From assembly GCA_043228905.1 (NCBI GenBank), contig JBHGNT010000016.1:7626001-7690000 (forward strand): a stretch of 64,000 bases of DNA. The letters run 5' to 3'. The translations under genes and the position numbers were made by a program. Shown here in pieces: positions 36,247 to 46,938 of this stretch. The notes under the pieces are model-generated. The model ran no database searches, was not told the origin of the DNA, and saw only the letters and a program-made list of their open reading frames with translations. Origin of the DNA: Azolla caroliniana (Eukaryota; Plantae; Polypodiophyta). Positions within the stretch are counted from its first letter, which is position 1. Every line of letters starts with the position of its first letter.

Positions 36247-38289
36247 ATGGAAAATCAACCGGAGGCTAGCAACATGATGATGATGTTCGAGCGCATGCTA
36301 CAAGAACAACGCATGATGTCGGAGATAGCGGCATCAGTGGAGTGACTCGTGCAACGAAACGGGCAATTCAACGGGAAAGACGTGTCGCGGTATCTTCGGG
36401 ACTACAAGGCGGAGATGCTACGGTGCGGAATATCGGAAGGACTGCAAGTGACGTCCTTCAACCGGGTGGCGACCGACGGGCTTCAAGCAAGCATCCATGG
36501 GCTACGACAGGAAAATCCGACATGGGAGGCGTTTGAAGTAGAGCTAAAGAGGACGTTCGCCATCGAGGATTCCTCCAAGGCGACGCGAAGGGAATTCGAA
36601 GATTGGGTGGAGACGCCGGACAAGGGATTGAAGGTCGTTGATGTGTTTTCGGCATTCGAAATCCGGTTCGGGAGGTTGTCCGCGAGAGATCAAGCTATCC
36701 TCGTACCGGACAAGGTGATCATGTTCTTGCGAGCCGTGGACGTCCGGGACCGGAAAGATCTCGGAGTGCTCTTGGAGGACACGACCACGGAGAGTGGCCT
36801 CACCGAAACATGGGAAAGCGTGCAGGATATCGTCGCACGATACACGAAGAGGGGGCAATGGCTTGCCAACGAGGAAAAGAGGGTTTCGGAACCGATTCCA
36901 AAACCGAGAACCGGATTGGAAGACCATCCACCGAGGGCTCGGGAGACTACAACCGAGAAGGGGATTGATGCATCTACGGTGGAGCAACTATTGAAGGAGA
37001 TGGAGAATCTGAAGATCGCGATAGTGAAGAAGTCGGATGATCGCCCCACAAACTCCAAGTATACGGACCGACGGTGCATATGGTGCGATAGCGCCGAACA
37101 CGATCGGAGGGATTGCGACAAGCATAAGGAGGCGCTACGGCGAGATCTCATCTACTACGAGGGAAACCGGATTCATTCGATGGACTCTCGGAAGCCACTC
37201 CGACCGAACTTCCGGAAAGGCGGCATGAAGAAGGTGCTTGAGGAGGAATTGGCAGCAAGAAGCAACTATGCGACAACCGCGGGAATATGTGTCGGGGAGT
37301 CATCGAGAGCAAAGACGTCTTTTTGGTCAGAAGTTCTAGAAAACACCGAGAAAACCGACTCCAACGAGATCCGAAGCACCGCGGAAGGCGTTCGGGAAGC
37401 TACGGGATGGGAGTGCCCTGTCGACAAGAATAGCGTATACGCCCTATGTCAATTGCATAAGGTGTATGTGGACGAGAAACGACGACGCACGGAGGATGCG
37501 GCCAGGCCATCAAAGATACCGGAAAGCTGGAACTTCGGAGGTAAGGGAAAAGAAAAGGTGACTCCGGCATTCAAGCTTGCCTCGGACATAGAACAACAAA
37601 CCGACTTGAAAAGAGTGTTCGAGGAAAGAATCTTGGATAGCCGGGTAGTTTTCTCGCTTCGGGAGCTACTCGGAATAGCAAAGAAGGAGTTCCACGATCT
37701 TCTCGTGGATCTCGTGAAGCGAAAAAGACAAAGTACGGAGGAAAATGCTCCAAGGGTGAATGCGAACACCGTTTTAATGAACGACGTCGAAGTGGAGGAC
37801 GAAATTCCGAACTCCCACTATACAAGGCCACATTGGGCACGCGCGACTACGGAGACTCCGGTCCGAATCGGCAACATCAAAGAACCCGTGCTAGCATTGA
37901 TTGATCACGGATCGGAGATCAACTTGATGTCCAAGGAGTTCTACCGGAAGGGGAAGTGGCCTATTAACACCAACCATGGATGGAAGATTCGGGCGACCAC
38001 CAAAGCAACGGAAGATCTATTTGCGGCTTGTCCGGATGTGACGGTGAAGATCGGGGATGTCGAGATCGACCAAAATTTCTTCGTACAAGATGAGATTTCA
38101 CATTCCGTCATCCTCGGCCAACCCTTTATCACGGCATCACGGATGGAGACGAAGGTGCTTGATAGCGGTGCAGCTTTTGCGCGAATTCGGAGCCAAAACG
38201 GTGGGAAATCCATCCAATTCCTAACGGTGCTGGCAAATCACGAAAGGAACAAGAGGGAACTCTTGTCCCAAGTGAGAATGGATTTTTAA
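36247..38289 (+). pseudogene. gag-protease ORF of J, with a premature TGA at 36343
   Basis: ATG at 36247 is in frame with ORF 36349; CIWCDSAEHDRRDC knuckle; LIDHGSEIN protease. Confidence 0.88.
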
Positions 38290-41200
38290 AGAGGACTGTT
38301 GCGGAGTGGGGAAGTGATAGTCCGAGAAGCCCTGATACCCCACACAGGAAGAAAACTCTCGGAGCAAAACATGTACGAATCGGTCCGGATGGGGCATCTA
38401 CGTACACGACCGTAACCGGAGGATTGAAGAAAGGATACTGACAAGTGGAGGATAAGTTGCGGTCGGCATCAATAATAAAAGAAGATGAAGAAATCGTGGG
38501 GATAGTCGAAGAAGTGTTCTATGGGAGCATGCTACAATGACTTGAAGAGCTTGCGGAAGATAAAAGCCAAGGGAACCGGGTAGTCCCGGTGGAATCGGTC
38601 GAGATGTACGAGATCATTGCGAAAATGGAGTCGGATACGCTCCGCAAAGAAGAAGCAATGGTAAGTATGAAATACAAGACCGTGGAGAAGAAGGTGAAAC
38701 CGGCCGCGGGACCGCTACCTGCCGATAGCGAACAAAAGAGGAAAGAAGTCTCGGGAGATCCGACACTTCGGAAGTCCGTGGATATCGGACATGCCTTCAC
38801 GGATGAGACCCGGAAGAAACTTCGGATCGGTGGAGGTGGGTTCCTATTACAAAAAGAAGAAGAACGGTTTCGCGAGATGTTGGAGCAACACGGCAAAGCG
38901 TTTGCATTTACATCAAGGGAGATAGGGTGCGTCGATCCGAGAATGGTGGAGCCGATGGTGATCTTCACGATTGACCATGTACCGTGGAACCTGAAGCCGA
39001 TTCCGGTGCCGCGAGCGCATATTCCGAAAGTCATTGACTTGCTCAAGGAGAAGGTGGCGATGGGGATTCTAGAGCCATCAACTGCTCCGTACTCAAATCG
39101 ATGGTTTACGGTTCCGAAGAAGAATGGGTCACTCCGATTCATCCAAGACTTGCAACCGGTGAATAAGGTCACGATCCGGAACTCGGGAGTCGGTCCGATA
39201 GTGGACGAATTTGCGGAAGCTTTTGCCGGTCGTGCGATATACTCCATCGGAGACCTATACTCGGGGTATGACCAATTCCAACTAGCCGTGGAGAGCCGAG
39301 ACATCACAACCATGCGAACACCGATAGGATTAGTCCGAATGTGCACACTACCACAAGGAGCGACAAACTCAGTTGCTCATATGATGAACGCGATGAACAA
39401 GGTGCTTCGAGACTGCATTCCGGAGATAACGATGCCGTTCCTCGATGACATTCCGATGAAAGGATGCATGGTAGAAGAAAAAGATGAGACTATGGATGAT
39501 CGGGGATGCCGAAAGTTCGTGGTCGACCATATTCATGATTGCGAGAAAGTGTTGCGAAAGCTAGAAGATGTGCACCTAACACTTTCCGGGGAGAAATCGG
39601 CATTCGGGCAAGAAGAAATATTGGTGGTCGGACATCTATGTGGGCCCTACGGCCGAAGACCGTCACCAACAAAGATCGATGTGATTCAAGCTATGGAGGA
39701 AGTATGCGAGTCAACATCCGAAGTCCGAAGGTTTCTCGGTGCATGTGCATTCTATCACATCTGGATTCCAAACTATGCACATATAGCAGACCCGCTCTAC
39801 CACTTGTTGCGGAAAGGTAAGAAATTCGAATGGAAACCGGAACACACCAAAGCCATGAAGAAATTGAAGAAGACACTTCGGAGGGCGGAAGCACTTAAGA
39901 AGCCGAGCTACGACCGACCGATCATAGTAACGGTTGATATAAGTCCAACCGGTATCGGGTGGGTCATCAATCAAGCCGACTCGGATGGTTCGCGGTATCC
40001 GATCCGATTCGGAGCAAAGGTTCTCAACGAAAGGCAACGTGGTTATGCACAAGTCAAAAGAGAATTGTGGGGAGTCGTGTCGGCGATAAAATCGGATCCA
40101 GATTATTTGATCGGAGCCAAAGTGGTGATCGAGACGGATTGTCTTCCGATACTCGGGATGATGCGGTGTTGTACGATACCGGATGTAGCTATGGTAAGGT
40201 GGGTTGCATATGTCAAGTCGCTTAATCCGGAGGTTCGACACATCTCGGGGAAGGACAACGCGGTAGCGAATATGTTATCAAGGGCTCGGTTCGGAGATGA
40301 CATAACCGAATCGGATAATGAAGAAGTTTCCGAAGACTACTTCGCGTCGGAGCACATATGCCGAGTGAACGTAATCCGAGAATTCCGGGAAGAAGAATAC
40401 GAGGGAGAAAGCTTGATGATCGGAAAGATGTTACAAGAGGTCGAGGATTCAACAAACGATAAAGGAAGAAGTGCCGAGATCCGAAGGAAGAAGAGGCAAG
40501 TCCAAAAGTTCTTCTTGGAAAACGGATTAATATGGAGGGCGCCGAAAAGACCGGATGGTATACCACTTCGAGTAGTCGGGACCAAAGAGCAACGAAACCG
40601 GATAATGTCTGAGTTTCACGAATCCGATTGGGCTGGACACCGAAGAACATGGGCAACATTTGTGAAGATCAAGCAAAAATATTGGTGGAAGAAAATGTAC
40701 AAAGATGTTGCGGAGTTCACGGAAAGCTGCGAGAAATGTCAAGTCTACTCCGGGGTTCGACATCGAGATGAGTTACATCCGACATTCTCACCAACAATCA
40801 ACTTCAAGTGGATGGTCGACATAGTGGCCATGCCGACCGGGATCAGACAAAAGAAATACTTGGTATTAGCTCGGGTAGAAGGTCGAGCGCTTCAGAGGAA
40901 AACGTGTTCCGCGGTATGCCAATTTCTTTTGGAGGAAGTATTTTGCAGGTACGGGTGTGTAGGACAAGTGATTGTGGACCGGGGAGAACTCGACTCGGAC
41001 AAAGCTAGGGGATTCTTCGCCAAACACGGAGTTCGGTTATCGCTGACAACGGCATACAATCTGGAGGCCAACGGGAAAATCGAACGAGGACATAGTCCAA
41101 TCATGAAAGCACTTGCAAAGGCATGCGATGGAAAGGTGAAGGACTGGCCGCAGATGCTTCCGTATGCACTATGGGCGGATCGGACGACGCATAGCTCAGT

Positions 41201-41903
41201 AACCGGTTACATGCCGGCAGAACTCATGACCGGACAAGCACCGGTAATGCCGACGGAAACCGCGATCACAACATGGACAGTGCTATCGTGGAAGGAAGAG
41301 ATGAGCCGGGAAGAACTACTAGCGGTCCGGATACGACAACTAGAGGGAAGACCGGCAGACATAGCGGAAGCAATACGTCGACAACAAGAAGCACGGTTCC
41401 GGAACAAAAGTCGGTTCGACACAAAGCACCGACTACGACCGAGGAGGATTGAAGAAGGAGATTGGGTGATCGTCTATGACAGTAGTTTGGACCATCAACA
41501 TACAACGATGCGGAAATTCGCGAAAAGGTGGTTCGGGCCATACGAGGTTCGGAAAGTCTTCGACAACGGAACGTACCGACTGTCCGAGTTGGATGGAACA
41601 ATACTACGAGTGCCTATAGCTGGGAAGCGGGTGAAGATTTTCAAGAAGCGGACCGACGACAAACCCTATGTGATCCAAGCCAAGGCCGACAACGAGGAGC
41701 AATCGGACGAAGACCACGATGATGCGGGAAGCGAAGAAAGTGAATTACAACTCATAGTCAACATAAGGGGAGAATCGGAGGAAGCTTTGGGTGAAGACGG
41801 ATATGAGGAATCGAGAACTTCGGCACATACCGGAAGATGTGCGGGTTCGGAGGGGGCGAGTGTCGTAGTGTATTCCACACACTACGTGAAAACCATAAAA
41901 TAA
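38286..41903 (+). pseudogene. pol of J (RT, RNase H, integrase) in the -1 frame; two TGA stops near the start, then 1104 open codons
   Basis: DLYSGYDQ, LPQG, FLDD; FHESDWAGH...CEKC; WFGPY; no chromodomain. Stops at 38439 and 38538. Confidence 0.88.
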
Positions 41904-42564
41904 TATATCCGATTTTAGATACATATAAATAAATAAATAATATATCAAAACATTTATCATGTGCATGGGGAAGGACTCAAACCTTGCACCTCCACGTAGA
42001 TAAACCCCAACTTTACCATTGTATTAACTTATCTTTAGTGTTATATATATAGATTTAATACGTATAAGACCTTTATTTACACATACCTTTATTAAAAGAT
42101 AAAAATCATGTATTCTTTAGGGTGTGAATATTTTATTTACACGTGACATTAAAAGTGACTCATGCACATCTAGCGTGCATGAGCCCTATACTTAGGAAAT
42201 GACAAAGCATCACATGCACATTTAGTGTGCATGGACACTTTAGGTGAAAAAGCATGAAGCCATGCTTAGCCTCTTCCATCTTTATATAAGGAGGAGAGAA
42301 ATATGTATAAGGTTGTTGATTAATATACAAGGATTGATCAATCTAATATATTCGTGGGATTCACGAATTTTGCCATCTAAATTACTCGTATAATCTAAAT
42401 ATTGTTTTAAATACACTAAACTCGTGGGATTCACGAGGTTGCTATCTTACTTCTCTTTCTACTATTCATAACTAGCCTTAAGTTGTATTCCTCTTCCTCC
42501 TAGTCCAAAACCTTGGTAGTTCCCACCCGACTCACGCAACGATCTGGAGCCGAAAGGCACGACA
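41861..42564 (+). repeat. 3' LTR of element J
   Basis: Follows PPT GGAGGGGGCGAG. Confidence 0.95.
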
Positions 42565-43053
42565 ACGTACTCCCCGCCACCTACAAACGGGATTTTGAAA
42601 CCATAATTGACACGCGTTTTTTCCCCACTTACATAAGCTTTAGTCGAAACCCCCGTTCTCCCTTTGCCGGCCACAACACCTGCACCTGGCTCACCGGCCC
42701 CAAGAAAGATTTCTTCACAACAACTGACCAACTGCAGGAAATCCGGCTACCATCATTGAACATCCACCGTCTTTGCCATCATCTCCGCCGCCACCCGCCC
42801 CCCGAAGAACCCCCCTAATGAATCCTACTCGCCCCTGACGCCCGAAGCTCCCCTCCCATAGTGCACCCAAGAGTGTGCACTCATTGGGTTGGGGGGGATG
42901 TTAAGCGCTTGGATAATAACACAACCAGTCACGAATAAGAGCGCTGTCGTAGTGTATTTTGTACACTACGTGAAAAACGTATATAGTATTAGATTCAATA
43001 AAAAATGAAGAAATAGAAGAAAATAGCAAAATAAATGGAACATGCATAGGGCA

Positions 43054-43107
43054 AGATTCGAACCTTGCACCTCCATGTTAATAATGTAATGTCTTACCAT
43101 TACACTA
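43054..43107 (-). promoter_or_regulatory. tRNA-like Pol III A/B-box module in the LTR (copies at 45845-45898, 35617-35670, 41973-42026)
   Basis: Minus strand TAGTGTAATGG, then GGTTCGAATC 43 nt later inside hairpin GCAAG..CTTGC, followed by TTTT runs. Confidence 0.65.
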
Positions 43108-43678
43108 GCATTTCATTAGTGTTAAAGCATAGATGTCCCACATAGAAAGGTAAATTCACGCTAGGATAAACATTAGAAAAACGCATAACAAAAGAAAAAG
43201 CTACACATACACATCTAGCGTGCATGATAAAAAACGCACAAGTTAGAAAAAAGCATGATCACTTTAGATAAAGCATATAGTCTATCTATAGGAAAAGCAT
43301 GGGGTCTATAGTTAGAGAAAAAGCATGGATTACTAAAGACTTCCTCATCACTACATAAGGATGGGGAGCACAATGTAATTGTGTGTGAAAAATATTTGGA
43401 AACTAGATATGTTTCTAAAAAACACCAATTAATAAACTATACTCGTGGGATTCACGAGAATTCTATATCATTCTCTTTCAACCGAAGTTTATATTCTTAT
43501 ATTCATATTGATTAATCTAATACAATACACTCGTGGGATTCACGAGTTTGCTATAACTCTTTCTTACAACATATTTATATTCTTATTAGCCTTAAAACTC
43601 TCCTCTTCCTAGTCCAAAACCCCAGCGGTTCCCACCCGACTCACGCAAACGATCCGGAGCCGAAAGGCACGACACAGT

Positions 43679-43696
43679 TGGTGAACCCGACGTGAA
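43679..43696 (+). other. 18-nt PBS for tRNA-Trp
   Basis: TGGTGAACCCGACGTGAA, 4 nt after the LTR. Confidence 0.85.
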
Positions 43697-43712
43697 GACG
43701 GGTGGCAAGGAG

Positions 43713-45734
43713 ATGGAGAATCAACAAGAGGCGATGAACATGATGATGATAATGTTTGAGCGGATGCAACAAGAACAACGTGCGATGTCGGAGATGAAGG
43801 CGGCAGTAGAGCGGCTTCTGCGACGAAACGGGGAATTCAACGGTAAGGGTGTGTCACGCTACCTACGTGAATATAAGGCGGAGATGATGCAATATCGGAT
43901 ACCGGAAGGATTGCAAGTGATATCCTTTAGTCGGGTGGCCTCGGACGAACTACAAGAGAGAATCCACAAGATACAACAACAAAACTCGACATGGGAGTCC
44001 TTTGAAGAAGCTTTACGGGAGGCATATGACTATGAGAGATGGACGGGACGAGATCGACGAGAATTCGACGAATGGGTGGCGTCGGAGAAGACTCACCGAA
44101 GTGCAACGCAAGCGTTCCTAGAGTTCGAGCATCGTTTTGCTCGACTCTCGGAGCGGGAACGAAGATTGGTGGGAGAAGATAAAGTCTTAATGTTCGTAAG
44201 ATCGATCGATCGGAAAGAAAGGATGGACATTGGGATCGAACTCGAAGATGATGACGGTGCGAACGGTCTTACTGAGGATTGGGCCAAAGTCGAAAGGGTA
44301 TGCCGAAGACATGATGAAAGGAAGCTGAGAATCTCGTCAACAACGACATGGCCGATGAAGGATGGTCGATTGAGGAAAAACGATGAAGCCAATATGAAGG
44401 CCGAAATACAACATGATGGTACCACGGGAGAAAGAGTGGAACAAGACACCCACTCGTCTTGTGAAAGAACGATGGCGAAGGATAAGGCCGATAATTCAAG
44501 TGTAGAAGGAAATTTCGGGATACAAGTGCCCGAGACATCGGGTCAAAAAGGGGTAAGCATAATAGATGTTTGCATAATTGATGCAGATAAAGAGTGTGAA
44601 GCGGATGTGATTAAGGAGGTAGCCACAAAAGACGAAATCGAATCGGAGGTGGCTATAGACGAATCAATGGCGGATTGCCATATCGAGACTTCCCCACCAC
44701 TGATTCCAGAGACTCCGGCGGTTGCGATCGAAAGGCAACGTGAGACCGAAGAGACGGAAGGTGGCGGAGAGAAAACGAATGTCGAAGCCGACGAATACGA
44801 TGAAGAGATAGCCGAGAAGAATGCTAAGGGTGAAACTACGAAAGAAGGTAATATCGAGGATTCATGCCAACAATATCTAGAGACTTCGGCGATTGTGTCC
44901 GAGAACCAACGTGAGACCGGAGAGACGGGAGATGGCGGCGAGGAAGGTAAAGTCGGAAGTCGGTTCGGATGGAAAATGATCAATCCGAAATTCCAATCTA
45001 AAAGAAAGTGCGACAATGCGGAGGTCGGGTCTACGACGGGAGAAGCGCGTAATACAGAGCACGCTCTACGGCGAATAAAGAAACGCGTGTTATGGGGAAT
45101 AAAGAAGCACGCGCTACGGCGAGAAAAGAAGCATGCATTACAACCACACGAGGACCGAACAACGAGCACATATCGGAGGACCTACGTGGCGAACAACGGA
45201 AAGAAGTGCCGAAAGTCGAACCGGACAAGGCAGGTGAAAACGAAGAAAAGAAAGCAAATCCGGAAGAAAAGAAAAGAAAAGAAACCGACCCGAAAGAGCA
45301 CTGAATCGGTAAAAACCGACCAACCGAGTCCGGATCGACCGAATACAAATCGGAAAGGAAGCCGAACTAAACGAAAGACGATCCGACGAGACCGAATCGG
45401 AAGTAAGCTAATCCGACTAAACCGAAAATCCGAAAAGAAGTCGAGATTGATGAAGAAAAGAAAGAGGGCAAGAAAAGATACTACCGCGGATGACAAGGAC
45501 CAAGCGGGCCATGCAAAAAGCGAACGAAGACTATGGTGGATCGGATGTCGACAATGGTTCGGGTGGAAAGAATGGATGTGCTCCAAATGGAGAGACAGAG
45601 TCAACATAACAAGAGAAGTCGAGGGTACTACGAGCCGGCAACGAAACCAATCGGGTAGAGACCAGACGGAGGAGACTAACAAACACCAACAACTTCGGCA
45701 CATACCGGAGGATGTGCGGGTTTGGAGGGGGTGA
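43713..45734 (+). CDS. Gag-derived protein (673 aa from the first ATG) with an acidic then Lys/Arg-rich tail
   Basis: The first ~205 aa align with J gag (RNGEFNGKGVSRYLREYKAEM...GLTEDW). No knuckle, protease or pol. Confidence 0.75.
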   Translation: MENQQEAMNMMMIMFERMQQEQRAMSEMKAAVERLLRRNGEFNGKGVSRYLREYKAEMMQYRIPEGLQVISFSRVASDELQERIHKIQQQNSTWESFEEALREAYDYERWTGRDRREFDEWVASEKTHRSATQAFLEFEHRFARLSERERRLVGEDKVLMFVRSIDRKERMDIGIELEDDDGANGLTEDWAKVERVCRRHDERKLRISSTTTWPMKDGRLRKNDEANMKAEIQHDGTTGERVEQDTHSSCERTMAKDKADNSSVEGNFGIQVPETSGQKGVSIIDVCIIDADKECEADVIKEVATKDEIESEVAIDESMADCHIETSPPLIPETPAVAIERQRETEETEGGGEKTNVEADEYDEEIAEKNAKGETTKEGNIEDSCQQYLETSAIVSENQRETGETGDGGEEGKVGSRFGWKMINPKFQSKRKCDNAEVGSTTGEARNTEHALRRIKKRVLWGIKKHALRREKKHALQPHEDRTTSTYRRTYVANNGKKCRKSNRTRQVKTKKRKQIRKKRKEKKPTRKSTESVKTDQPSPDRPNTNRKGSRTKRKTIRRDRIGSKLIRLNRKSEKKSRLMKKRKRARKDTTADDKDQAGHAKSERRLWWIGCRQWFGWKEWMCSKWRDRVNITREVEGTTSRQRNQSGRDQTEETNKHQQLRHIPEDVRVWRG

Positions 45735-46938
45735 GTGTCGTAGTGTATTTTGTACACTACGTGAAAAACGTATATAGTATTAGATTCAATAAAAAATGAA
45801 GAAATAGAAGAAAATAGCAAAATAAATGGAACATGCATAGGGCAAGATTCGAACCTTGCACCTCCATGTTAATAATGTAATGTCTTACCATTACACTAGC
45901 ATTTCATTAGTGTTAAAGCATAGATGTCCCACATAGAAAGGTAAATTCACGCTAGGATAAACATTAGAAAAACGCATAACAAAAGAAAAAGCTACACATA
46001 CACATCTAGCGTGCATGATAAAAAACGCACAAGTTAGAAAAAAGCATGATCACTTTAGATAAAGCATATAGTCTATCTATAGGAAAAGCATGGGGTCTAT
46101 AGTTAGAGAAAAAGCATGGATTACTAAAGACTTCCTCATCACTACATAAGGATGGGGAGCACAATGTAATTGTGTGTGAAAAATATTTGGAAACTAGATA
46201 TGTTTCTAAAAAACACCAATTAATAAACTATACTCGTGGGATTCACGAGAATTCTATATCATTCTCTTTCAACCGAAGTTTATATTCTTATATTCATATT
46301 GATTAATCTAATACAATACACTCGTGGGATTCACGAGTTTGCTATAACTCTTTCTTACAACATATTTATATTCTTATTAGCCTTAAAACTCTCCTCTTCC
46401 TAGTCCAAAACCCCAGCGGTTCCCACCCGACTCACGCAAACGATCCGGAGCCGAAAGGCACGACAGCGCATCAACAAGGACGTAGTACAAAGAGGAAACG
46501 GCAAGAGGAAAAGAACGCAAAGAGACGTTCAAGTGGGAAAGGCCCATACCCTAAACATGAAAGCTATATAAACCACATAGTAGTGGCTTTGTGGGGGCTC
46601 TCCCATTTGTAATGATCTCCTATTGATTAGAGCTAGAGCTTCCTCTCCTCCTTCTTGTAACCTTTTAACATAAGAGAGATTAGTGAGGTGTTTAGTTAGA
46701 GAACACTAATCTCTCTCCTTATTGGTGTCTTAATCTATTAACCTATTGTCTATGAGAGAGAGCTTGAGAGAGTGAGAGAGATATCGTGCTCAATCATTTA
46801 CTAATCATTAAGTGAGTGTGAGGCTTGGAGGTATCCGACAACCATCTCCGCCCGATTCGCCATCAAGAGGGTATACGCCAGTTTGAATCCCGCCACGACA
46901 TCGAGGAGCTTACTCCATCGATGCATAGATCCTTAACA

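Larger units (their letters stand above)
35505..42564 (+). mobile_element. Full-length tRNA-Trp-primed non-chromovirus Ty3/gypsy element J (possibly Phygy-like)
   Basis: 704-bp LTRs 35505-36208 and 41861-42564 (~13 mismatches counted by eye). 4-bp TSD ACGT. PBS 36213-36230; PPT 41849-41860. Confidence 0.93.
42945..46465 (+). mobile_element. Young non-autonomous gag-only LTR element K (TR-GAG-like), related to J
   Basis: 730-bp LTRs 42945-43674 and 45736-46465 with no difference seen. TSD GCGC. Perfect Trp PBS; PPT 45724-45735. Single ORF. Confidence 0.93.
19676..46938 (+). mobile_element. Athila/Tat-like non-chromovirus Ty3/gypsy element G; 5' LTR deleted; host to four nested elements
   Basis: gag 20080-22650, protease ~33900-34250, RT start 34931-35350 (FAWSY...WVSSIVVVPKK...CVDYR...IDGFSGYNQI). 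PPT 42886-42898. 3' LTR TGTTAAG...CTTAACA. Confidence 0.78.
42899..46938 (+). repeat. 3' LTR of element G (42899-42944 plus 46470-46938), split by element K
   Basis: TGTTAAG after a G-rich PPT and CTTAACA at the end; TATATAAA at ~46565. Chromovirus RT resumes at 46939. Confidence 0.8.

Noticed and set aside
43040-43115. Genuine tRNA genes at the A/B-box modules
   Set aside because: I could not fold acceptor and anticodon stems; only the boxes and a T-arm-like hairpin are present, so they are reported as tRNA-like promoter modules.
44543-45838. Hydrophobic antisense ORFs in element K as an env-like gene
   Set aside because: They mirror the purine-rich sense ORF (Phe/Ser/Leu-rich); no independent support.
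42945-46465. Retrozyme (hammerhead ribozyme in the LTR)
   Set aside because: No CTGANGA core seen with the GAAA hairpin in these LTRs by eye; an Infernal search would be needed to exclude other ribozymes.
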